64,000 nucleotides of DNA from Eubacteriales bacterium (GTDB lineage: Bacteria; Bacillota; Clostridia; Oscillospirales; QAKW01). Positions 46,626 to 56,100 of this stretch are shown in pieces. Below the pieces are notes generated by a model, which made no database searches, was not told the origin of the DNA, and saw nothing but the letters and a program-made list of their open reading frames with translations. Every line of letters starts with the position of its first letter. The first letter of the stretch is position 1. Location of the stretch: the NCBI GenBank assembly GCA_045648705.1, contig JAZROO010000060.1:4238-68237 (forward strand), in the 5' to 3' direction. Both the position numbers and the translations under genes were made by a program.

Positions 46626-47594
46626 TTATTCATCAGAATATCTCTTGAGCAAGAGATTAACTACATACTTAAATCCAAGCATCATAACAAACAACACAAC
46701 CGACAGCGCTGCCGAATAACCCATTTCAAAACGCGTATGTGCGAAGTCTGAAACGTGCAAAACAATGGTATGCGCTGCATAATCGACTGACGGGAAACCA
46801 ACCAATGCCGATGAAATAGCACCAACAGAAAATGCTGTGGAAATCTGCATAACTGCACTAAACATCAAAGAGGGACCCATCTGCGGCAATGTGATATAGA
46901 TAAGTTCTTGGAATCTATTTCTTACACCATCGATGGCACCGGCCTCATTAAGTGCGGGATCCAAGTTTTGAAGACCGGCGACCAAAGCAAGGAAGCCTGT
47001 TCCCAAACTACACCACAACTGAACAATAATAACTATAGTAAGCATATAGTTCTTATCGGCCAACCATTGAATCGGCTCTGAAATAACATTAAGTTGCATC
47101 AATGTTGAATTAAGCAAACCGTACATATCACCGGAAAACACATACTGGAAAATAAAATAAATGTTAGCAAGTGTAGGTGCGTAAAAAAGTACGGTAAAGA
47201 ATGCACGACCAACCGGCGGCAAATCGTTAATAAACCATGCAAAGATAAAGCATAAGATATAACCAACCGGACCGGTAATAATAGCAAACTGAATGGTGTT
47301 CTTAAGAGCGATCAAAAAGACGTCATCCTCAAGAAACATTCTAAGATAGTTGTCCCAACCAATAAAAAGCGGGGCGTTGATAATGTCATATCTTGTGAAA
47401 GAAAGCACAAAACAGGACACAACCGGTATTATTGTGAACAGCGTAAAGAAAATCAAAAACGGTGCCATCAGAATATAGTTCCAATAGCCTTCCTTCGCCT
47501 GACGCCAAGTAAGAGAACACTTCTCAGAGAAGGTAAGTTTCTGCTTTTTCAGAAGTTCAAGTTCTTTTTGTTTTGAATTCAAAGCAACTGCCAT
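46626..47594 (-). CDS. Sugar ABC transporter permease (MalF/CUT1 type), first pair
   Basis: EAA loop LNEAGAIDGVRNRFQELIYITLPQMGP. The start overlaps the solute-binding protein stop (TAATG). Confidence 0.9.
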   Translation of the reverse strand: MAVALNSKQKELELLKKQKLTFSEKCSLTWRQAKEGYWNYILMAPFLIFFTLFTIIPVVSCFVLSFTRYDIINAPLFIGWDNYLRMFLEDDVFLIALKNTIQFAIITGPVGYILCFIFAWFINDLPPVGRAFFTVLFYAPTLANIYFIFQYVFSGDMYGLLNSTLMQLNVISEPIQWLADKNYMLTIVIIVQLWCSLGTGFLALVAGLQNLDPALNEAGAIDGVRNRFQELIYITLPQMGPSLMFSAVMQISTAFSVGAISSALVGFPSVDYAAHTIVLHVSDFAHTRFEMGYSAALSVVLFVMMLGFKYVVNLLLKRYSDE

Positions 47595-50500
47595 TAAATA
47601 TCAGCCTCCTCCGGAATTGAGAAATGGTACTCAGAACGTTTTCTCCAAATCTCATTGTTAATTTGATCGTCATAATAGAATAACATTTCGCGCTGATTGC
47701 TATACTCATTTGTTACGGCACGGAATGCGTTGGTTACCATACGGCTGACATAGTAACCGCCGATAACTTCACCGATTTCCTTGACACTCTTTCTTTGCTC
47801 TTTAATCATTACAGCATGATCATGATCCCAACCGATCATATCGAATGCCTCAAGGTTTGCCGTGGTGTATCTGGCAACAGAACCAATTGCCATTTCTACA
47901 CGTCTACCATACTGAGCAGCAATATCAGCGGATGTCCACCAATTAATGAATGTCCAGGAATCCTTTTCTTTTTGTTCTTTAACTTTTTTAGATTTCGCTA
48001 CACTTTTGATTACGATACTGGCAGTAAGACCGGAAGACTCTTCCGTTCTGTTAATCTTGCCTGTTTTCTCATCAACGGTTCCGGGAATAGGAGCCATAGC
48101 CCACAATCCACGAAGCTCAGGAGCGGAATTATCAATAAATGTTGCCTGAGAATACGGTTGGAATGCCAAAGGCATCTCGCCGCTTCTGAAACGAGCATAA
48201 AAACTATATGTAATCGGGAAACTATACATTCTATAGTAATCAGTCCACTTTGTAAAGGCGTCAACCGCGTATTGCTCTGTAAAGCAAGTGCGAGAGCCAT
48301 CTGCAGAATAGACAGATCCATCTCTCTGCTGAATCAGAGTAAAGAAGAGACCGCCACCGGTATTTTGGTTCAAACCAACCGTCATGTTATTGGACTGAAT
48401 AACCGGAAGAATGGCATCAAATTCATCCCATGTATTCGGTGCTTTAATGCCCAACTCAGCAAATACGTCAGTACGATAGAACATCATTTCAAAGTTCTGA
48501 GTTTCAGGTAAACCAAAAGTCTTAACGTATTTAGAGCCATCCTCTGTGGTAGTATTTACAGTATACGGAGCCATTGCATAGGTTGAAAAACGAGAAACAA
48601 CTTCGTCGTATCCTTCCATATCCTGCAGTTCAACCAGAGCGCCACGAACACCAAGGTTGATGGGCTCAGTTCTGGAAACGTGAAGCGCAACGTTGGGACC
48701 TTTACCGGCAATAATTGCCTTAGACAAAATTCCAAGAGGAACCAGTGAAATATTAACACCAATGCCTGTTTGCGGAGTAAAGTAGTTATCAGTCAAGGTT
48801 TTCAAAGCGATTGCTTGGTCACGACCTGTACCTACCCAAACGTCAATTGCGCGTTCGCCTTCTTCAGCGTCACCGCCAACACCGGTGTAATCGTCTACGA
48901 AAGAAGACCAGAAAGAACGAATTTCATGGCTAAGACCCTGAATAAAGGTAGCCTTTTGTGAGGGAAGATTTGCACCGCTTCCTGCGATATAAATTTTATC
49001 CAAGCTCAAAGGTTGATCACGGATGTCCAACAACCAGTTACCCAGAGAACTGATATTGTCTTTAAATCCGGAAAGACGTTCCGGAATAGAATAGGGCTTT
49101 TGGATAAAATCTTCCATCTGAACAACAAGAGTGTTCAAAATTTCAGAATCACCGCCGCCTTTGCCATCATTTAAAGAATCAACATAAGCCTTTGTTTCTC
49201 TCATTGATTCGATTGCAGAAGACATCATTTCCTCAAGATCAGAAATTCTGGTAAACAATTGATAGTCGCGATTGGTATCCGGAGTAATACCGGTGATCAA
49301 CACGATTTTTCTATATATATAATTTAATTGGTAGACAATGTTCTCAACATCGCGGTATGTACTGGACAATTCACCAATACATGCTTCCAAAGAAAGCGTG
49401 TGAGTGCCCGCTGTCAAATAAAACTTATAGTTTTCATTTTGGCCGTCCGCAGTTTTGCGACCGGCAACGGTATATTGATATCCTGTTTTGTAATCAAATT
49501 TAATACTATAAGCCTCTTTAAAAGGAATCTCATTGTCAATATACAATGTTCTGTAAGAGGCTTTGCCGCGCTGATATGACTGTCTATAGCGGAACGAGAT
49601 TTCATAAAGACCATCTTCAGGAACCTCAATTGTCCAGTTTACACGATTTCCGCTCTTAGCCCAGTTTGTGCCGCCCAAGGTGTTATATACAGTTGTGCTG
49701 ACACTATAAGGTGTAATTTTAGCATCACTGCGGTCAAAAACCATTTGGATAAGAGCATCACTCTTATCAGTAAATTGTTCGGCCTCAATGTAAGCATCAC
49801 CTGCAGCATTGGTAATCATTTCTGTAGATTCTTGTGCACCTGCAGAAAGAGCATTTCCCAAATACTCATCATATGTAATCTTACTACCGGCGTTGTGCAA
49901 CTTAATGTAGTCCAAGCCAAAAGCGCCGTTTTCCAAATTGATCGTAAGCGTATGAGTACCTGCGGTCAAGTAGTATCTGTATGAATCCAGATATCTTCCC
50001 TCTGCATCACTCACATCTTTTGTGATCCAGTCAGGAGCTTGAATCTGATTGGGAAGCAATTCATTGCCAACTTTGTCGTGAGAAATCTTTCCATCAGTCA
50101 GCTCGTTAATCCAAACGCGCTTTAAATTCAAAATTCCGGACTCTTCAAAGGGATATTTTCCATCAATCATCAAACCGGTTTCGATGTCGTTACCGTTTTC
50201 ATTTTTGATGGGAAAATATTTGAGCTCTACGGCATACATACCGGTTTCAGGAACCTCAACGGTATATACAACATTGCCGGTGTTTTTGATAACAGCAACA
50301 CTTTCTTCACCCTCAAAGGTTGCTTTGTTCTCCACGTCAGCAGTGGCAGACGTGTAAGCAACACCATCAACTTCGATGGTCGGCAAAGATACGTCATAAG
50401 CCGCATATTTGTCATAATAATCAGCGTAGAGATTATCTCTGACAAAACCCGTTAAATAACTTTCAGTTTCATTAGGGTTTGCTGAATTCAAAAATTGATC

Positions 50501-50668
50501 CGCATTATAACCACCATCTGTCGCAGTGGATTGATCTGCGGTAGCTTCAGTCTCAACAGTCTCGCCCTCGGCAAATGCAATGACACTAAATGAAAGTGTC
50601 AATACAAAAACAAGAAGAAGACATATAGAAGACCGAAACAGCTTCTTTAGTGTACATCTGTTTGACAT
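47594..50668 (-). CDS. Giant (1024-aa) extracellular solute-binding protein with two N-terminal CBM-like beta-sandwich modules
   Basis: Signal peptide ending VIAFA|EGE with no lipobox Cys. Two related modules (YTVEVPETGMYAVELKY...YYLTAGTHTLTINLENG and WTIEVPEDGLYEISFRY...FYLTAGTHTLSLEACIG). The C-terminal half resembles family-1 carbohydrate solute-binding proteins. The ATG at 50668 lies 7 nt after GGAGG; the ORF-track TTG at 50770 is an over-extension. Confidence 0.8.
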   Translation of the reverse strand: MSNRCTLKKLFRSSICLLLVFVLTLSFSVIAFAEGETVETEATADQSTATDGGYNADQFLNSANPNETESYLTGFVRDNLYADYYDKYAAYDVSLPTIEVDGVAYTSATADVENKATFEGEESVAVIKNTGNVVYTVEVPETGMYAVELKYFPIKNENGNDIETGLMIDGKYPFEESGILNLKRVWINELTDGKISHDKVGNELLPNQIQAPDWITKDVSDAEGRYLDSYRYYLTAGTHTLTINLENGAFGLDYIKLHNAGSKITYDEYLGNALSAGAQESTEMITNAAGDAYIEAEQFTDKSDALIQMVFDRSDAKITPYSVSTTVYNTLGGTNWAKSGNRVNWTIEVPEDGLYEISFRYRQSYQRGKASYRTLYIDNEIPFKEAYSIKFDYKTGYQYTVAGRKTADGQNENYKFYLTAGTHTLSLEACIGELSSTYRDVENIVYQLNYIYRKIVLITGITPDTNRDYQLFTRISDLEEMMSSAIESMRETKAYVDSLNDGKGGGDSEILNTLVVQMEDFIQKPYSIPERLSGFKDNISSLGNWLLDIRDQPLSLDKIYIAGSGANLPSQKATFIQGLSHEIRSFWSSFVDDYTGVGGDAEEGERAIDVWVGTGRDQAIALKTLTDNYFTPQTGIGVNISLVPLGILSKAIIAGKGPNVALHVSRTEPINLGVRGALVELQDMEGYDEVVSRFSTYAMAPYTVNTTTEDGSKYVKTFGLPETQNFEMMFYRTDVFAELGIKAPNTWDEFDAILPVIQSNNMTVGLNQNTGGGLFFTLIQQRDGSVYSADGSRTCFTEQYAVDAFTKWTDYYRMYSFPITYSFYARFRSGEMPLAFQPYSQATFIDNSAPELRGLWAMAPIPGTVDEKTGKINRTEESSGLTASIVIKSVAKSKKVKEQKEKDSWTFINWWTSADIAAQYGRRVEMAIGSVARYTTANLEAFDMIGWDHDHAVMIKEQRKSVKEIGEVIGGYYVSRMVTNAFRAVTNEYSNQREMLFYYDDQINNEIWRKRSEYHFSIPEEADI

Positions 50669-50929
50669 TGCGTTACCTCCAACATTTTGATTACAAAACA
50701 AGATGGTTATATTTTGTGTTTTGACATAAAGGTTTTTATGCAAATTGAATAAATAATGACAAAAGTACAAAATAAGGCATCTTATATATGTTTTAGTTTA
50801 TCATATTATATAAACAAATTCAACAATAAATTAGTAAAAATAATAGTTTTTTTAAATTTTTTCGAATATTTTTGATAGCTTTTTTGATTTAATTTATTTT
50901 CAGACAGATTTCATTTTGTTCATAGTGCA

Positions 50930-50963
50930 CAAAAAATCGAGCGTTTGAAAACAAACGCCCGAT
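50930..50963 (-). terminator. Intrinsic terminator after pncB
   Basis: Stem ATCGGGCGTTTG / CAAACGCTCGAT (one mismatch) followed by TTTTTTGTG on the minus strand. Confidence 0.7.
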
Positions 50964-50990
50964 TTTTGTATATTTTGTACAAATGACATT

Positions 50991-52433
50991 TTATCGAGAA
51001 TTCAAAAGTCCCTGCTTGATATCCCACAACTTTTTAGAAAGATCAACATAATAAGTATGGGGATTTTCAAATCGTTTTACCTCATCCCAAAGCTTGTCAA
51101 TTTGTTCAGCGCAAAAAGCTCTCGAATCTTCAATTTTGGGGATATCATACACCAGTTTTCCTTTGTCAAAAATCCTTTTACAAAGCGGAACAGCGGTAAA
51201 ATTTTCCACCCATTTTTTCTTCCAAACATGAATGGGATCAAACAACAAATACGGCTTACTTTCATCTATTGTTTCATCATGCAGCGCTATGACATCAGCA
51301 ATAGCCTTACCGGTTTCGTTTGAATATAATCGATACACCTTTTTAAAATGGGGATTGGTGATTTTTTCAGGGTTTTCAGAGATTTTTATTCTCGGAATAA
51401 TCTCCCCTTCCTTTTCAACCGCAGCAAGTTTGTATACACCGCCAAACACAGGCTCACTCTTAGAGGTAATCAAACGTTCTCCCACGCCAAACATATCAAC
51501 CTGCGCACCTTGAAGAATCATTTCTCTGATAATATATTCATCAAGTGAATTCGATGCCATGATCTTACAATCAGGATATCCTGCCGCATCCAATACCTTT
51601 CTGATTTTTTTAGAAAGATAGGTAATATCGCCCGAATCAATTCTAACCGCAACAGGTCTGCAACCCTTGGGCGCCAACACTTCGTCAAAAACTTTTATCG
51701 CGTTCGGCAATCCGGAATGAAGAACATTATAAGTATCAATCAAGAGCACACAATTGTTAGGATACGTTTCAGCATACGCGGCAAAAGCTTCGTATTCAGT
51801 ATCAAATGTTTGCACCCAACTATGCGCCATGGTTCCACCGCTGGGAACACCATACAACATATCTGTCAGCACGTTTGAGGAACCGGAACATCCTGCAATA
51901 TAAGCAGATCTTGCACCCAGCACAGCACCGGCATATCCTTGCGCACGACGAGCACCAAACTCTGAAACCGTTCTTCCCTGCGCCGCACGAACAATTCGAT
52001 TGGCCTTGGTGGCAATCAAGGACTGATGATTAATGGTTAACAGAATCATGGTTTCAACAAGCTGCGCTTGAATTGCAGGACCACGCACCGTCAAAATCGG
52101 CTCACCGGGAAAAATCGGCATTCCTTCCGGCACCGCCCACACATCACACGCAAACTCAAAATTAGATAAATAATTTAAGAATTTTTCATCAAAAATCTTT
52201 TTCGATCGCAAAAACGCAATATCTTCCTCAGAAAAATTCAAAGTTTTCATATATTCAATAATCTGTTGAAGACCTGCTGCAATTGCAAAGCCACCACCAT
52301 CAGGTACGTTTCTAAAAAACATATCAAAATAAACTATTTGGTCACCCTTGCCTTTTAGCAAATAACCATTACTCATAGTAAATTCATAAAAATCATTCAA
52401 CATACTCATGCTGAATTTTTTATCAAAAAACAT
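50991..52433 (-). CDS. pncB: Nicotinate phosphoribosyltransferase
   Basis: 480 aa with TDFYEFTM-like DFYEFTMSNGY, GTMAHSWVQ, LLIDTYN and SNSLDE motifs. Confidence 0.9.
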   Translation of the reverse strand: MFFDKKFSMSMLNDFYEFTMSNGYLLKGKGDQIVYFDMFFRNVPDGGGFAIAAGLQQIIEYMKTLNFSEEDIAFLRSKKIFDEKFLNYLSNFEFACDVWAVPEGMPIFPGEPILTVRGPAIQAQLVETMILLTINHQSLIATKANRIVRAAQGRTVSEFGARRAQGYAGAVLGARSAYIAGCSGSSNVLTDMLYGVPSGGTMAHSWVQTFDTEYEAFAAYAETYPNNCVLLIDTYNVLHSGLPNAIKVFDEVLAPKGCRPVAVRIDSGDITYLSKKIRKVLDAAGYPDCKIMASNSLDEYIIREMILQGAQVDMFGVGERLITSKSEPVFGGVYKLAAVEKEGEIIPRIKISENPEKITNPHFKKVYRLYSNETGKAIADVIALHDETIDESKPYLLFDPIHVWKKKWVENFTAVPLCKRIFDKGKLVYDIPKIEDSRAFCAEQIDKLWDEVKRFENPHTYYVDLSKKLWDIKQGLLNSR

Positions 52434-52462
52434 ATTTCTTCCTCCGTTTTAGCTTTTTTATA

Positions 52463-52492
52463 ATTATACATTATTAAAAATGAAAATGTCAA
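52463..52492 (-). promoter_or_regulatory. SigA-type promoter for pncB
   Basis: On the minus strand: TTGACA, an 18-nt spacer, then TATAAT. Confidence 0.55.
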
Positions 52493-52560
52493 CAAATCTA
52501 CAAAGCAAATGTTTGAAATTTATATTTTAAAAAAGCAATAGCAACATTCGCTCTTATCTC

Positions 52561-52589
52561 TTGAAATGTAATATTTAGTATGTTAAAAT
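52561..52589 (+). promoter_or_regulatory. SigA-type promoter for the sigma factor / large membrane protein pair
   Basis: TTGAAA, a 17-nt spacer, then TGtTAAAAT (extended -10). Confidence 0.5.
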
Positions 52590-52620
52590 CTAATTAGTAT
52601 ATAAAAAAGAGGAGAATTAT

Positions 52621-53184
52621 ATGAAACGTATACTGGTTGAAAATATATTTGATGAACTCTATAAACAAACATTCAATGAGGCATACGGCTATATTTTAGC
52701 AAAAACGGGTGACCCCATTGTTTCTCTTGATGTTTTAAAAAAGTCATATACTGATCTTTTTAATTTCCTATTAAAACAAAAGAAAGACAACATAAAAAAC
52801 AAACGAATCCATCTCTTCAAAATCATTCAAAATAACTTAATTGCTGACAAAGAAACAAGTCAGCCCATTGATGACAAAAGCAACATTACAGACGATATTT
52901 TTTCCTCTTTGCAGCAAGAGCTTGACATTGAAATATCTCAACCCAAAACCCAAGAAGAATTAGAAGCAATGTTGGATGAACTTTTAAACCTCATTGCAAA
53001 GCAACCTGAAGCCCTACGACGCGCCTTCATTCTATATTTCTTATTTGATTTCAAAACAAGCCAAGTTGCAAGCGAACTTTGCATAAGCGAAAAAGAGGCA
53101 GAAAAGTACATTTTAGATTTAACAAAACAAGTACGTTCACTTTTTAGCCCCATCACTGAAGAACAACCGGAGGAAACCAAATGA
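52621..53184 (+). CDS. Divergent ECF-like RNA polymerase sigma factor
   Basis: Region-2-like N-terminus (YGYILAKTGDPIVSLDVLKKSY) and a region-4 HTH (LRRAFILYFLFDFKTSQVASELCISEKEAEKYILDL). The linker is long and acidic. Confidence 0.7.
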   Translation: MKRILVENIFDELYKQTFNEAYGYILAKTGDPIVSLDVLKKSYTDLFNFLLKQKKDNIKNKRIHLFKIIQNNLIADKETSQPIDDKSNITDDIFSSLQQELDIEISQPKTQEELEAMLDELLNLIAKQPEALRRAFILYFLFDFKTSQVASELCISEKEAEKYILDLTKQVRSLFSPITEEQPEETK

Positions 53185-56100
53185 AAGTAAGCGATTTACT
53201 CAATCAATTAAAACGCTACATTGCGCCAAACCCCGAAGCAATACAGGCGGAAATTTATGCCGAGATTCGCGCCACACAACGAGCAAAAAAATCTTTTTAT
53301 TTTAAGTTAATCGGCGGTTGTGTCTCTATCTTTTTAATCGTAACGGGGATCAGTTTTTATTTATGGAACTACTTCACCTTTGATTCTTCCACCAATATTA
53401 CCGGAGACGTTGCAAACCTCAGCCCCATAGTTTACGTTGCACCCAAATACGAAAAAAATAACGCCGCTCTCACCAATGCTTCAATCAACATTGTAACCAA
53501 GAACAGCATGAGCGTCAAAGAAGTAGAAAAATGTATATCTTTCACGCCCGAAGCATCGTATACAATAAAGAAAAAAGGGATCAATCGTTTTGAACTTAAC
53601 CTCAATGATCAATTAAAAAGCAATACATCTTATACTCTAAGTTCAAAAATTGAAAACAAAACCATCTATCGTTGGTCTTTGCAGACCGAATCCCCTTTTC
53701 AGATCACAAATGCCTATCCTGTCGGCGAACATGAAATTGATATCAACACTGCTATCGAAGTCAGTTTTTCCGAAAGCGGCGTTAATGCATTTGAAGAATA
53801 TTTTAATATCGTTCCAAAAGTACCGGGCACGTTCAAACACAATGGTAGAAATTGGCTCTTTCTGCCTTCCGAGCCTCTGCAACCATACACCGTTTATACT
53901 GTCAGCATTTCTTCCGATATCGCCAACACCGACGGTGAAACGCTGAATGAAGATTATGTTTTTTCATTCACAACCGGCCCCTCTGACGACAAATGGGCTT
54001 ACGTCGACAATAACACCTTTGATATTGCAGATATTTTTTCCACGAACACCGTTCCGTATGTGTCAGTTTATGCCAAAGGAATGACCTCGGCAACAGCAGA
54101 CATTACGATTTATAAACTTCCTGACAGTCAGTCTTATCAGGACCTTCACTCAAAATACAACAAAGATGCCATCATTTCCGCAAACATCATTAATGATGTC
54201 AACGCACTGCAATGTCCGATACAATCGCAATTTTCCGTTTCTGCCATCAAGTCTCCCGACAACGACCAATTGTATTATTTCAATTATCCCAAAGAGATGG
54301 AAGCCGGCTACTATGTAACACAAATCAACTGGAATGGCATAAAGTTATATCAGTTATTGCAAATCAATGATTTGATAGTATATGCCGCTGCTCACGATGG
54401 TTCATATGTCGTTTGGGTCAACAACGCTCAAACTGCCCTTCCTGCAGATAATGTTGTTGTAAAAATAGGTGATCAAACCGAAAAAACCGATCAAAACGGC
54501 ATTGCCACAATAAAGAAAACCGATGACGACGCTGAAAGTACCTATATTTCAATTTCCGCAGACACAATTCTCCCCTACATTCTTCACGCTCAAAATTCTA
54601 CCGACGAAACACCCAACGCTATCAGCGACTACTACACCTTCCTCTATACAAACAGCACGATTTATCACGAAAATGACACATTAAAGGTTTGGGGAACGGT
54701 AATAAAAAGATTTCAAAATTCTAAGGAACCGACAGTCACATTATACGCCCATTGGAACGACACAGAGTATGCTGTAAAATTAGACTCAAACGGTGCTTTT
54801 AATTTTGAGATACCAATTAAAAATTACAAACTTGATCAATACAGCGAACTGGCTTTGCGCATTAACGGTTATGACTGTAACAGTAAATATTTTGCTGTTG
54901 TTGACTACGAGTTGCCTGCCTATTCGCTTTCAATGCAAGCTGATAAAAATGCATATTTTGCAGGCAATGAAATTCATTACAATATTAACGCTTCCTATTT
55001 TGACGGAACACCTGTCGGCAACCTGTCACTGAATGATAACAACAACGCAACATTGGTTACCGACCATCTTGGAACCGCACAATATTCAAAAGCAGCAAAA
55101 ATTGATCCGGAAGTTTACGAGTATACCTTAAGCAGTTGCAAACCGCAAATCAACTGGCAATATTTTGAAACAAATTCAAGCATTGGTGCAACTGCTTTTG
55201 CAGAAACTCCGACATTGGTTTTTGAAAACAATGAATTTTTAGGCGCGGAACTCAAAAAAGAAACCAACGGATATACCATAGATATTAAAACCAACAAAAT
55301 AACCCTCGATAAAATCAACCAAATGTCTGCTTCCGAGTTTTCAGACATTTATGAGGATACCCCGACAGAGTATTTTTTAGGTGATGCTGTAGACAAAAAA
55401 ATCACACTCGAAATACACGAGATCACTTATGACCGCAATAAAATCGATAGTTATTACGACCCGATTCAAAAAAAATTACAGTTTAAATACGAATACATTC
55501 CCAAAGATTCAGTCATTAAATCAGACACTTTCACCACAAAGGATGGCTTGGCGACATTAGAAAATTACGTCATTCCTTCCTCCGAAGGAATTCGTTATTT
55601 AAAACTTTCTATGAAAGATGCGGCAGGAAAAAATTGCTTTGTTACAATTTATATTGACCACCAAGTTGAAGAAGATAGAGATCAATACGAATTTTCCGGC
55701 ATCGACCATAACGCTGATAAAAACGAAAAATTGCTGTTCAACGTTTACGATCCTAATACCAAGCAAAAATTGATCGGCTCATTTGTTTACTTGGTTGTAG
55801 GTGACGACTACTTCAAAGCAGGTATCTCGGAAAGCGGTAGTGCCTCATTTGTGTTTGACGAAAAGTGTTTGCCGGACGTAACGTTGTTTGGCGCTTATTT
55901 TGATGGAAAATTTTTACATCCTGTCACACCGCACAACATTACAGCGGATATTTCCGAGAAGAAGTTAAACATCCAGATTGTCTCCGACAAGAAAGAATAC
56001 GCTCCCGGTGATACCGTAACACTTGACGTTGTTACAACAAATCCTGAAGGAGCCCCTGTTAATGCTTCTTTCAATATTAACGTAATGGATCAAGCCCTCT

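Noticed and set aside
50669-50990. The 322-nt AT-rich region upstream of the ABC operon as a riboswitch, a small ORF, or an ECF-type promoter shared with the sigma gene
   Set aside because: I could not find a convincing conserved structure, a shared -35/-10 motif with the sigma-factor upstream region, or a clean SigA promoter. The only lead is a possible TATAAT at 50805-50810 on the minus strand. I leave it unannotated rather than guess.
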